Assembly (NCBI GenBank): GCA_003427395.1
Contig: BFEA01000041.1
Span: 2,003,811 to 2,065,131, forward strand
Direction: 5' to 3'
Origin: Chara braunii
Lineage: Eukaryota > Plantae > Charophyceae
Length of the DNA: 61,321 nucleotides
Notes under the pieces: generated by a model
Database searches by the model: none
Seen by the model: the letters and a program-made list of their open reading frames with translations, nothing else
What the model was told of the DNA's origin: nothing
Made by a program: the position numbers and the translations under genes
Part shown: positions 49,485-61,321 of the stretch, piece after piece
Layout of the letters: each line of letters begins with the position of its first letter
Numbering within the stretch: the first letter of the stretch is position 1

Positions 49485-50103
49485 AGAGAGAGATACGTGA
49501 TCTGGTCTGCGTGTGTTCGCAGCAGAGGTATTACTGCGGTGATCTCATGTGCCTCTGTCGTCAGAATCAGGGTGGCCCCGTGTGTGAGGAGCAGCAAAGC
49601 AGGGAGTGCCTGAAGTGAGGAACAGGAGGACGATGAAGGGATCCGGTCTAATAGTTTAATCAGATCTGACCTGACGTCGACATTGATCTCATCTCCATCG
49701 AGCAGTGTCTGAGTTGTTGGTTGTCGTTGCCGTCACTCTCTTCGAGAGAGTGGCTGCATTGTCCCGTTGTCGTTTCCTGACACGTCCGTGCTGAGATTGG
49801 CACACTGTAGCTGCTGCGTCGCACGTCGAAAGACTTTTTTCACGCACCGCTGCTGCCTGCGTACCTCACAGCTGCGGGTGTGCCTTTTCTGCGTATCTCC
49901 GCTCCCTTTCACTTGTCTGCCTCCGCTGCATTCACCACTGAGTGCCTTCATGACCTGTGCTCATTCTCTACGTCTGCGCTTTTCTCGCACTGAGTTTCAC
50001 ACGTCTTCCTTTTGTCCGACATAGTCTGGCCTTCCGCGCATTCACGACGCTGTCCTACGTACGCGCAGAGCCCCCGCTCCATCACCGCAACCTGCTCCAG
50101 CTG

Positions 50104-50139
<36 letters not shown>

Positions 50140-50144
50140 NNNNN

Positions 50145-50225
<81 letters not shown>

Positions 50226-50778
50226 CGGGTCGTATAGTGTATCAGTGCAATGAGATCTGATTGTGCGCGAAGCAGAGTCATGTGCGGCGGGTTTGTTTGA
50301 ATGGAATGACAGTCGTGGTGGGGACCACTATCAGGTGTAGTTAGTACATTGTCTGTACTCTGCGAATCCCATCAGGGTCTGTAGGCAACGACTATACGTA
50401 TGTCCGTGTTTACGTAGGCTGTGAATCTCATTAGAGCTGGACATTGATAGGTGAAGGAGAATAGATGAGGAGGTAGGTAGTCTTCACCGAATCGGCAGCC
50501 TGTTTGGGGCCTTGGAAGGATTGCCGCAATCCTGGAAAGCGAGAAGCAGATGTGGACGTCGTGGTGGGGACCACAGCAAGCAAGTGGCGGAGTTGGGAAA
50601 TAGAAGAGAGTGCACTGAGGAAAGAAGAAGAAGAAGAAGAAGAAGAAGAAGAAGGACGAAGGAGAAGAAGAAGAAGAAGAAGGAGAGGGAGAAGATCGTA
50701 AGGAGGAGGGGGTTTGGTGAGGTGTGATTGTCTGTGGAAGGTTTTTGTGTTGGCGGTCGGCCAGTGGTTGATGTCATC

Positions 50779-51095
50779 ATGGCTCGGCTGGGCGCATGTG
50801 TGTTGATCTGTCTCTGCCTGCTTGTTTGGCCCGCGGTGTCTCGAGCGGACAGGCGGCAGTTGTTGTCGGGATCGGGTTCATTAAAGACTGCAGGCCAAGG
50901 GGGAGGGCCATCTGTTACCTTCTCCCTTGGAAGCCTCCACGTGTCAGGTTATCAGGAGTACAACCGCTGGAGTATGATTAGGCGGCGAACGAGGCAACTA
51001 AGGGAGAAGTCGAATAATGAGGACGCGACAGAGGTCAATGGACATCGAGCAAAGCCAGCGCCTTCGACGTTAGGCGGGAGCATGTTCCCTGACGG
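50779..51095 (+). CDS. First coding exon of a secreted protein, likely A1 aspartic protease (nucellin/APCB1-like)
   Basis: Signal peptide MARLGACVLICLCLLVWPAVSRA and a basic prosegment. It ends LGGSMFPDG|GTAAG, matching the L-x-G-x-x-[YF]-P-D-G motif that precedes the first DTG site in plant nucellin-like proteases. The catalytic exon is not found in the window. Confidence 0.6.
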
Positions 51096-53569
51096 GTAAG
51101 GGCACATCGTCTCTCACTCTTGCTGACCTCAGCTCTAGCTTTAGGGCACATATAGTACGCAAGAGGTTCTGAACAGGGTGAGTTGTAAGGAAGATTAAAA
51201 ACGAATTCAGTTTTTCTTGTTTTCCTTGTGTTTTTTTTTTTCTGTTTTTCGCGTTGGCGCTCTGATATCATGCGACAATATATCTATATCTGTATATCTA
51301 TATATACTCGCACTACTGGGTTCCCCTGAATACAACGCGCCCTCGTAATGGCTGTAGCGGACCGGAAAGATAGCTTGTATACCTTCTTCGTTATCAGGGT
51401 GCGTTGTGTTCGGGGTAAGAGGGTAGGGACTTTTTGCCACTTCGCTCTGGGCGTGATTACGGTCAGATTCATCCAGGGTTGGATGGAATTGCGGTCGGAT
51501 GCATGTAGAGAAGTGGTGGTAGTGTCTCAGTAGCTTTTTCATTAGTTCCTTCCTATCTCTTCCTCTCTCCTCTTCTTTCTCTTCTTTTTTTTTCTTCCCT
51601 CCTCTCCTCTCTTCTCCGCTCCTCTCCTCTGCTCTCCTCGCCTGTCTCTGGGCTACGACGCTCTGGACGTGATTACGGTCAGATTCATCCAATCATCGCG
51701 GAGAGGGCCATCGCCAGACCACTCGAGAAATGTGAGAAAGACAAAAATATGGCGGATGCATCTGGCCATATTTTTGTGAGAAAAACAGAGGAGCGCTCTT
51801 TTGTTTGATTGAGAGAATTCCTGACCTCGCGCAAAGTCTCTGAGGATCCCGAAAAGCTCGGCGGTCGCTGGCTAGGGCGAGCGGCCGTACTTGGTCGTGT
51901 TTTAGCGGGAAGTTCATTCTCATTTGCACATTTCGAGAGTGGTGTGGCGATGACCTCTCTCTCTGATTATTATCGGATTTTTTGTGGGCCTCGCTCCACT
52001 ACTGTCGTCATCCACAAAAGCCGAAAAATGAGGCGGTGCATCTTTCCCTGTTTTAGCAGAATCATTCTCATTTTGCACATTTGGAGAGTAGTGGAGCGAG
52101 GCCCTGTTTTTCGATTTGTCACCCCTCAGCATTGTTCAGATGTCGTTTCCTCTCTCTCTCTCTCAGGGCATACTCACAACTAGGACCTTCATGGCTGTAT
52201 ATGGCTGCTTTTCCAGCCCGGCATGGATGCACCTGACCACAATTACGTCCACAGAGAACTGGAAAAACTCGCATTGTGAGTATATGCCCTCAAATTCCCT
52301 TTTTCTCTTCTGTAATCTCTTTGTCTCTCGGACTGGTGTGTTTCCCACCTTGTCGTTTTTCCACCTTAAAAGTTTTCCTTCGTCTTTTTTTTTGTTTCTT
52401 TCGTTAACTTTTCCGTTGTCGTCGGATTCCGTTACGATCTTCCATCTCGGGTCGTACTCACAATAGCTCTATTTTTTAAGTGTATCTGACCCCATTTACG
52501 GCCGGACCTAATGCATTTGGCCGCCATTCCGTCCCGAAATACTAAGTAGGTCCCGAAATGCTAATGTAAGTATTTCTTTGTCTTTTTGCTGTCCGATTTC
52601 ACGACAGTTCTTCATTTTTTTTTATTTTTTTTTTTCAATTTGTTGTCCGTCTGTGCGGGGTGCTGTCCGATTTCACGTCAGTTCTTCTTTTTTTCCCCCC
52701 CTCAATTTGTTGTCCGTCTCTGCGGTTCCCTCTCCCCCTCCTCCTCCCCCTCTTCGATGTGTGTTTGCCTTCCGAATGCACTGGATGTAGTGTCTTATTA
52801 GGCCGACATTCGACACGTACGTGGACTGTTTTATGGACGAGATGCGGACTGATCGGACATTTGAACCGCATTGGGACACAGCTTCCAGCTCCAAATCCAT
52901 TCATTTACAATCTTGTGCTGTGGAGAAAGGCCCAGTGTCCGTGAAGGAGGGGCACTGACACAACACACACGGATTGTGGAAAAGACGAAAACAATAGCGG
53001 GTGTATGTAACTCTATGTTACTGCGGAAGATTCATTCTCCATTTTGCATTTTCCAGGAGTAACGAGCCGAGGCCCAGGGACAGATATGATGCTCTTGTGA
53101 GGAGGGCTGACGGCGATGTCAATTTCCGACGAGAGCCTTATGATTCGTCGTGGGATTCGTACTCTACATCGATTGTTTTTGAGGATGAATTTTGTACAGA
53201 AAGAGGTGCAAATTCGGTCAGGGAAAATCGCATTTCAAGTATGATGCTCGCACACAAGAGATGTACGTGCGTAATGACTCGCACATCAGGACATTTCAAT
53301 TGCGCAGGGAACTGCCGGGATGCCTGGACTATGTAAGGGACTAGAGGCCTAGCTCCAGCACTGACCACATGCAGGAAAGACAAAATTATGGCGATGTATT
53401 TTCATGTACTAGAGGAAGATTGTCTCTTTTGGCGCGTTTGGTGAGTGATGAAGCGAGGCCATTAGTTCATGCGTAGGTTATAGACTCAGTAATTCAATTG
53501 CGTGAACTATAAGCTAAAGGCTCATATCTCTGGTAGGATGCGTAGACCACAGAGACTCTGATGGGACGC

Positions 53570-54020
53570 AAAAACTATTAGGCCTTTAACTCTGCAGGCT
53601 ATATAGATAGGTGGACTACAGGCTATATAGACTACATAGACTATGATGGGATGGACTAAAGACTAAAGACTAAAGACTCGATGAGATGCGTAAACTGAAG
53701 ACTATAGACTCAGATGAGATGCGTAAACTAAAGACTAAAGACTCAGATGGGTTGTGTAGACTAAAAGACTGAAGTTTCAGAAGATGGGATGCACTAAAGA
53801 CTATAGACTCAGAAGATGGGATGCGTAGAATGTAAGGGTATAGATGTTGGGCGTACTCAACAGTCGCGCTCTTTCGTACGTAACTAGGAACTTTGGACTA
53901 CAGATTCTAATGGTATGCACCGACTATTGGCTGCGAACTCTGATGGCATGCGTAGACAGTCTATAGCGTATGATGGGATGCATAGACTACAGACTAAAGA
54001 CTAGATGGAATGCGTCCATG
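53570..54020. repeat. Degenerate ~30-bp minisatellite (GACTAWAGACTCAGATGGGATGCGTA)
   Basis: Repeated units are visible directly. Confidence 0.8.
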
Positions 54021-54767
54021 ATAGGTGTAGGTAACGTGGGCGTACTGAACATTTGAACGTAAGTCGGACGAATGATCTACATGCAATGTATGTGCACTCT
54101 TTTCAGGGGCAGGTTCAAGATCTGTTGACGAATGATCTACATGCAATGTATGTGCACTCTTTTCAGGGGTAGGTTCAAGAATTGTTGGTTTTCTTAAATC
54201 AACCTTCTCCCCCATGAGAATGTACGTGTTAGACGGGTTCAGTGTAATCGAAGCGTAGTAGTATAGGCGGTGGGCAGGTTGGTAATCTTTTCCTTTCTTT
54301 TTTTTTTTTTTGCGTTCATTTTGTTTTAGTACGAGAATAATCTAATCTTTTNNNNNNNNNNNNNNNNNNNNNNNNNNNNNNNNNNNNNNNNNNNNNNNNN
54401 NNNNNNNNNNNNNNNNNNNNNNNNNNNNNNNNNNNNNNNNNNNNNNNNNNNNNNNNNNNNNNNNNNNNNNNNNNNNNNNNNNNNNNNNNNNNNNNNNNNN
54501 NNNNNNNNNNNNNNNNNNNNNNNNNNNNNNNNNNNNNNNNNNNNNNNNNNNNNNNNNNNNNNNNNNNNNNNNNNNNNNNNNNNNNNNNNNNNNNNNNNNN
54601 NNNNNNNNNNNNNNNNNNNNNNNNNNNNNNNNNNNNNNNNNNNNNNNNNNNNNNNNNNNNNNNNNNNNNNNNNNNNNNNNNNNNNNNNNNNNNNNNNNNN
54701 NNNNNNNNNNNNNNNNNNNNNNNNNNNNNNNNNNNNNNNNNNNNNNNNNNNNNNNNNNNNNNNNNNA

Positions 54768-55400
54768 GTGTAGCACAAAGAATATAGTACAGCATGTATG
54801 TAGTGCACATATGTACATTGTGTTGTCTAGAACTTAGTATGCAACGTATAGTTAGTGTAATAGACTATAGTGTAGCACAAAGAATATAGTACAGCATGTA
54901 TGTAGTGCACATATGTACACATCTATAATGCGTAAGTAGTACACATAATGTTGTAGGTTGAATCGTCTAGATTCTAGGACTTATCATGAAACGTAAGTTC
55001 ATTTAATAGACTATAGGATAGCACGAAAAATATAGTACAGCATGCATGTACCGCATATATGTACACAGCTATAATGCGTAAGTAGTATACATAATGTTGT
55101 AGGTATTATTGTCTAGAACTTAGTATGCAACGTATAGTTCGTGTGATAGCTGATAGTATAGCACGAGATCGTATAGTAGAAGGTCGTATAGTCGAAGATC
55201 GTATATAGTACCTAGTGAGATATAATACCTATAGTAGAAGATCGTATAGTAGAAGACCGTATGATAGCTGATAGTATAGCACAAGATCGTATAGTAGAAG
55301 ATCGTATAGTAGAAGATCGTATAGTCGAAGATCGTATATAGTACCTAGTGAGATATAATACCTATAGTAGAAGATCGTATAGTAGAAGACCGTATATAGT
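54768..55400. repeat. Tandem repeats including the 15-bp ATCGTATAGTAGAAG unit
   Basis: Direct repeats adjacent to the N gap. Confidence 0.85.
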
Positions 55401-57828
55401 ACGTTCCATGTGAGATATGATGGTTCAAACACGCAGTCGTACGTAGTATAGAACATGGAGCAAGGCGCACAGGCGGGTATTCATAGCTCAAGACGTAGTA
55501 CGACACAGGAGATGGGCAGTTGTATAGACGTAGTAGTGCATAGCGCAGACAGTCGCATGTGTGTACTAAGTCTGAGCACCTGTAGACGCCGTCTGCATGC
55601 GACCGACATGTCGGCATTATTCACACTACATACGTATGTAGAAAATAAATATACATAATACATGCCTTTCTATTGAAAATTTAAAGCACATAAAATGTAT
55701 GTGTACTAAGTCTGAGCACGTGCATACAGTCTGCATGTGACCGACTTATGGGCACTATACACAGGCGATATACGCAAGTAAAAACCGAGAGTATGGTTTG
55801 TGAAGTTTAAGTTCATTTTATGATCTTCCCCCCCCAAAAAAGGAAAAAAAGTCAAGAGTACATATCCGCCGCAGATCTACACACGCACGTCGTGCTGAGT
55901 ACGGAGTGCATTGTATTCTTTTCTTTTCTTTGTATTTTGTTTTTTACAATACCAGATTTCGACATTTATTACGCCCACTGCATTCTCGGTCCCCCGGTCA
56001 GTATAGATCTTCAAATAGAAGACATACGCGCTCTAGTAGGTCTCAACAATAATATTTGCTCACACCGCCCAGATGGCGCCGACAAAACGATGCATGCAAT
56101 GGAATGGAACATCTTATCTTTTTTTTTTCCCCCTTCTTTTTTTTTTTTTTACGTGACAGCATTGAGATATTATCGCGGGACTCACCTTTTTTTTTTTTCC
56201 TTTTTTTTTCACCTGCTCTAGGTAATTGAGGATTTTTTGTTCATGTGGTTCAATATGCGGATTCGGACTCAGGTTTGCATTTTAACATTTTGTGGGTGTA
56301 CAAACTGAGCTAAGCCCGTTGGTATCTATATATATTTTTTTTGAGATCTTCTTTTTGTAAGATCTCTATTCTTACGCCGCTCGCGTAACTGTACCACGCA
56401 CCAAATGCATAAAAGACGAAATTATGGCCATGCATCTTTCCATTTTCTGGGGGAATATTGATGCATAAAAGACAGATTATTGCCATGCATCTTTCCGTTT
56501 TCTGGCGGAATATTCATTCTAGCGTTTTGTACATTAAATTTGACGATTAGGTGCGGCGATACTTTACGGCTGGGTGATAACCGGAGACGGGGATTCCCAG
56601 TTCGCCCATCATCAAGGCGTGCGACTTTACTTGCCATTTTCCATTCGAAATTTGTTAAAAAAAAGCATCTTGATTTTTTAATAATCCGTCCATTAAAAGA
56701 AAAACAACGAAAAATAATCCCACCATTTTGTTTTTGGAGTGTAGTGCACGAACTGGCAATTGTTGAAAGTCTCTACGAGCGGAGAGAGTGTTTTTTTTTT
56801 CCTTTTTTTTTTTTTTTGGCTTAAAATCTGGCGGCCGGGCCTCTGACAGGAGGTGTTATGGGCGACTCGCCTGATTGCGTAGCTTGTTACGAATGATCTG
56901 ATTATTGGAATGATTTCCCTTATGTAAAAAAATAAAAATAAAAAAATAAAAATAAAAAATTAAAATTAGAAAATAAAAAGTATTAATTAGAAATAAACAT
57001 AAAAATAAAAATGATCAGATTACGTCGAGATTTGCCATGGGCGATGTGGAGATACGAATACTGCGGTCGTCTGTATCTTCAAGCCGACTGCCCGCATGTA
57101 GTCAAGAGCCCTGCATCGTCAGGCGCAGATGCCATGTATACTATCGTTTCACGCTCACAGGCCGGATTGTTCGAGTCAGGGCATACTGACATCAGGACTT
57201 TGTACGAAGCTCTGGACGTGATTACGGTCAGATTCGTCGTTGTCTGGCCGTAACTGCGGTCAGATACGTTTACGGAAGCGTTAGTGTGAGTTTACCCTCA
57301 GTCTTACTTACCAGACTGACGTACAGTATAGGGAGTCGCAAGCATTGCCGTATACAAGATTCCTTGCATACATATATATGTAAGAGGTGATGAACAGGTG
57401 GGGCTTTCCTTCCTGCTTTTTTTGGCCTTCGCGCTCTGTTTCACAGTGACAACATGTATGTGTGTGTATGTATGTATGTATGTATATATCTAGTAATGTC
57501 TATGTGTATATCCCCATTGTTTTTTTTTTTTGACAGTGTAGTGACGCATTCGCTTGCAAACCGCATTGCTCGGTTGGTGCCTCTGTACACGTGAACTGTC
57601 GGGTAATTGCTTATATAATGGGGCATCATTGGAAAATCCTTTGTTTTTTGTTTTTTTTTCATCGGAAACCTCAAGAGAGCGATTAACTCAATTCGGTTTG
57701 TCTTTTTTTGTTTTAACCTCAAGAGAACGATGAACTCGATGTGAGCAACAAACGAGAGGGAGGGGCTGTGGCAGACTGTTTCGTCTTTCCCCGTAAATCG
57801 TAGACAGAGGGAGAAGAAGACTACAAAC

Positions 57829-57869
57829 GAGGGGCTGTGACAGACTGTTTCGTCGGAGTTTCACAGACT

Positions 57870-57870
<1 letters not shown>
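57829..57870 (-). ncRNA. Truncated hammerhead-ribozyme-like relic
   Basis: GAGTCTGTGAAACTCCGACGAAACAGTCTGTCACAGCCCC; homolog of 61215-61262. Confidence 0.45.
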
Positions 57871-57923
<53 letters not shown>

Positions 57924-57935
57924 GAGAGAGAGAGG

Positions 57936-57970
<35 letters not shown>

Positions 57971-58273
57971 AAAGTAAGACGGCTCTCTTGTCGTTGTCAT
58001 TTGTGAGAAGGCTTTCGGGAATGAAGGCGTGGATGAGGTAATGGCATTGTAGTTTAGCGTCCAGCGATTATATCTTTCGTTCTTTCTTTCTTTTTTTTTT
58101 TTTTTTTNNNNNNNNNNNNNNNNNNNNNNNNNNNNNNNNNNNNNNTTTTTTTTTTTTTTTTTTTTTTTTTTTGATCCGTCGATTATATCAGGTTTTGTAC
58201 ACCGTGATTGGATTGGTTGAACGTACCGATGTTCTCGTGAATAATGCACTCGATACGCGCATTTTTTTAATCT

Positions 58274-58345
58274 AAGTTTAACGGGAATCGAACCCATATC
58301 CCCTCTGCTTGGAAGGCAGACAATTTACCATTGATCTATCGTGAA
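58274..58345 (-). pseudogene. tRNA-Gly(TCC)-like pseudogene / SINE head
   Basis: TAGATCAATGGTAAA (D arm), CTGC-CTTCCAA-GCAG (anticodon arm), GGGTTCGATTCCC (T arm). The acceptor stem is poor. Confidence 0.7.
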
Positions 58346-58954
58346 AAACGGAAGACGATTCTCTGATGAAAAGGGTAGATCGAGTTAAGAATTTCTGCAA
58401 TGAATCCGTTTTTTTTTTGTTTTTTGTTTTTTAATTAATTTCCCCCTCCGTTTCTGAGCTTCGTCTACGGCGCGTGCCCGCATCGGGTTCTCTGAGTTAC
58501 GGATGATTTCTCTTTTCGTTTTCTCTCATTTCTCTCACTATCAGTCAGTCTTTTCGTTCGTTCGACTTTTCACTTCCCCCCCCTTCCCCCCCCCCCCCCC
58601 CCAAAAAAAAAAGGACCCAAAAAAAAAGAAAAAAAAAAGGTATTGAACTCTCGTTTGCACGTGCGTCTTAGAATAAGCACTTGTTGCCGAAACGCGGATG
58701 GGTTTGTTTTTTTTTTTCTGATTTTTTCTGAATTACGCACTGTACTTTTGTGAAATTCTGTCCCCTCATTGGTGCGAAAAGTTATGATTGGGGGGGAACT
58801 AATTACGCACTGATTTCTCCTCCCACCAGTGAGGAGGATGTTGTGATTTTTTCCTTTTTGGGGGGGAACTAATTACGACGAAAAAGAACGCACTCTCTCA
58901 GGTATGTTTTAGTTTGTTTGTATGGGGATTTTTTTTTCCTTATTATTTTATTTT

Positions 58955-59058
58955 AATTCAGACTATGTCTCGATTTTTGCTGTCATCCTTTTCGCCCAGG
59001 GGCCATGCTAATTTTATTTCTATGTTTTGTTTCAATTTTAACGGATGTCTCGAAGGAC
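58955..59058 (-). pseudogene. U6: Full-length degenerate U6 snRNA copy
   Basis: GTCCTTCGAGACATCCGTTAAAATTG...ATTAGCATGGCCCCTGGGCGAAAAGGATGACAGCAAAAATCGAGA; the ACAGAGA box is destroyed. Confidence 0.88.
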
Positions 59059-59100
59059 TGTTTTTTTTGTTTTAATGTATATATATATATATATATTTTT

Positions 59101-59160
59101 GGCCATGCTAATCTTCTGTATCGTTCTAATTTTAACGGATGACATTGTCCCGAAGAGGAC
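59101..59160 (-). pseudogene. U6: U6 snRNA 5'-half copy
   Basis: GTCCTCTTCGGGAC...ATCCGTTAAAATTAGAACGATACAGAAGATTAGCATGGCC. Confidence 0.88.
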
Positions 59161-61214
59161 TGTGTATTTGTTTTTTTCGTAAAATGCCTATTGTAATTTC
59201 GGTGCCTTTTTTTCCCTATAAAATTTGAATTATATTTTACTTTCATGTACTTATTCTTTAGTATGTATGAATAAAATTTGAATTTCATTTCACTTTTGCA
59301 TTTACTCATTCTTTAGTATATATATTTATGAGCGTCATTATCAAGTAGGTAGAGTAGGCTTAGGGTCTACCACTTAACGGGTGGAAAAAACTTTCCAACT
59401 TGGGCGGGTGGTTCTTAACGGAAGGGAAAAAACAAAACTTTCCTATCTGGACGGGTGCCGTTAACGGACATTAACGGAAGGAAGGAAAGCCTCGTCAATT
59501 TGGGCGCGTCTTCTTAACGGGGACCTTAACGGAAGGAAAAGCTGGTCATTTGCATGCGCGTGATGACCCATCTCTTCTCTCCGGGTGGCTGGGACACCTG
59601 GCATTTGCCTTTTTCTGCTTCTTTTCCTCTGTTTTTTTTTGTTTTTTTTTTCCTTTTCTGTTCTTTTCCTCGCCTTGCTCTTTGGTCTTCGACTTGTCGT
59701 CTCTTACTCTTTCCGACTTTGCCATAGATCCGCTTCTCGGCCTATTCTCTTTCTTATCCCTGCCGTTCTCTTCTCGTGCTCTTGGAGTTGTCTTCTCTCT
59801 CTCTTCCATTGCAGTGTTCTTTTTCCCATTTTTTTCGTTATGTTTCTAGTGTTTCTTCTGTATACTTTTTTCTGCTTTCCCTCTTTTTCTCTTTCCTTCT
59901 TTTTCTTTCTTCCTTAGCTCCCCTCCTCGGCCTGTTCTCTCATTTTTTCCGTGCCGCTGTTTTTCTCAGTATTATTGAGTTAGGATTTGTATTATTCAAA
60001 AAAAAAAAACAACATTGTTTTGAATAAAATGCATAAGTCAAAACTTCATAAATAGACTTAGTGATTCGATGAAATCTTTATGTGAAAAAGAGAATTGACT
60101 CTCTCATTTTTTCCGTGACGCTGTTTTTCTCCTCTCCATTATCTTCGTCTTCCGTCACTTTTTTTTTCCCTCATTTTTTTCCTCATTTTTTTTTCGTTTG
60201 TTTTCTATTTTTTTTTCTGTTTCCGCTCATTTTATTTTTCAGCCTCAGCGTTGGTGTGAACCACTGCGAGCTGGACATGAATCTCGGTCGTTTGACCTTT
60301 TCTAGCTAGTTTTCCAAATTTATATATATGTATATTTTTTTTCAAATTAGTGTGACAATATTTTTTTTTAATTACAGGCCACAGACTCCTGTCCTCTCGA
60401 AGAGTCTTCTGCACCTTCCGCGTCCTTGAGGAGGTGCCAGGTGCCATCATCAAACTGACGCTCCTAAGGTAGTTCCTTTTATTTCGGAGATAATTTATTC
60501 ATCTGATTCGACGAGCAACATTCGACCGCAGTTCTGTTGTCCTCCGGGATATCCGTCGAAATTATTTTGAACGACAACAATTTTTTTTATTTTTTTTTTT
60601 TAGCTGTCTTCTTTTCCGCTTTTTTCTATTGTTTCTTTTAGTTCTATTTTTTTTTAAACTCTGTTTATCATCAGTTCATTGGGCAGGTGTCATTCAGCGA
60701 CCTGTGTCTGCTATTTGTCCTGCATTTCTCTGTGCTTATTTTACGATTTCTTGCTTGTGTAGGCTTATTTATTTTGTTCATGTTAATATTATATTGCTGC
60801 CGATTTATTATTGCATAGCAGTCTCTTTTTTTTTCAAGTTGTTGTTTAATATTATAGGGAAAAAACACTCGAGAAGTCTTTTTTTTAGTTGTTGGTGTTT
60901 TATTGCCTTTTCTTTTCGTTTGCCTCCTTTGTGGCGTACTTTCTATCTTATATGTATCTGACCGCATTTACAGCCACCCCTGGATGTGCCGTATTCTCTA
61001 TCTTATATGTATCTGACCGCATTCACGGCGACACCTGGATGTATCTGATCGCAATTACGTACCTGATGAATTCGGAAATTCCTACGGTTAGTATTCTTAC
61101 TGAAGAAGTAACATTATTACTTCTGTTTTTTTTCACTCACGATCTGCCCTATTATTATGTAGGAATATATGTGATTCTGTGTAATGTCTATACGTATATA
61201 ATATACGTAGTCAT

Positions 61215-61262
61215 ATGATGAGTCGGTGAAACTCTGACGAAACAGTTTGTCACAGCCCCTCG
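61215..61262 (+). ncRNA. Minimal type I hammerhead-ribozyme relic
   Basis: (A)TGATGA-GTCGG/tgaaact/CTGAC-GAAA-CA/gtt/TG-TC. The core C3 and the 5' strand of stem I are missing. Confidence 0.55.
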
Positions 61263-61321
61263 TTTGCTTCTCTTCTCCCTCTTGTCTCTCTCTGCTTAAG
61301 TAACATTATTACTTCTGTTTT

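Noticed and set aside
51661-51690. LDVITVRF as a degenerate LDVDTGSD catalytic motif
   Set aside because: It belongs to a dispersed repeat present three times and has no exon context.
55960-56030. YYAHCILGPPVSIDLQIE as protease exon 2
   Set aside because: No DTGS motif, and the nearest acceptor gives the wrong phase.

Overview
Repeat-rich, intron-containing eukaryotic genomic DNA with assembly gaps. The style resembles a charophyte alga such as Chara, but that is inference. Positions 1 to ~41 kb are a stack of nested Ty3/gypsy LTR retrotransposons. Element A (minus strand) is non-autonomous and tRNA-Asp-primed, with a 6,724-bp 5' LTR (7649-14372) and a 3' LTR that runs off the window start. 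A is inserted ~20 nt into the 5' LTR of a decayed chromovirus (14373-23598). The chromovirus sits in a related giant LTR (C), which sits in the end of another LTR (D), which sits in the pol gene of a related element (B). The giant LTR of A carries unusual cargo: a 14-unit, superficially CRISPR-like array of covarying RNA hairpins with an AACUUA loop, a spliced antisense gene directly downstream of that array, and a U6 snRNA 5' fragment. LTR C carries an 18S rRNA fragment. Elements A and B share a covarying four-way-junction RNA in the 3' UTR, a terminal LTR hairpin with no normal PPT, and a gag-like ORF behind a splice acceptor at the 3' end of the internal region. The right third holds foldback and Harbinger-type DNA elements and exon 1 of a secreted A1 aspartic protease-like gene. 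That gene's long intron contains U6 and tRNA pseudogenes, satellites and hammerhead-ribozyme relics. All alignments and folds were done by eye.
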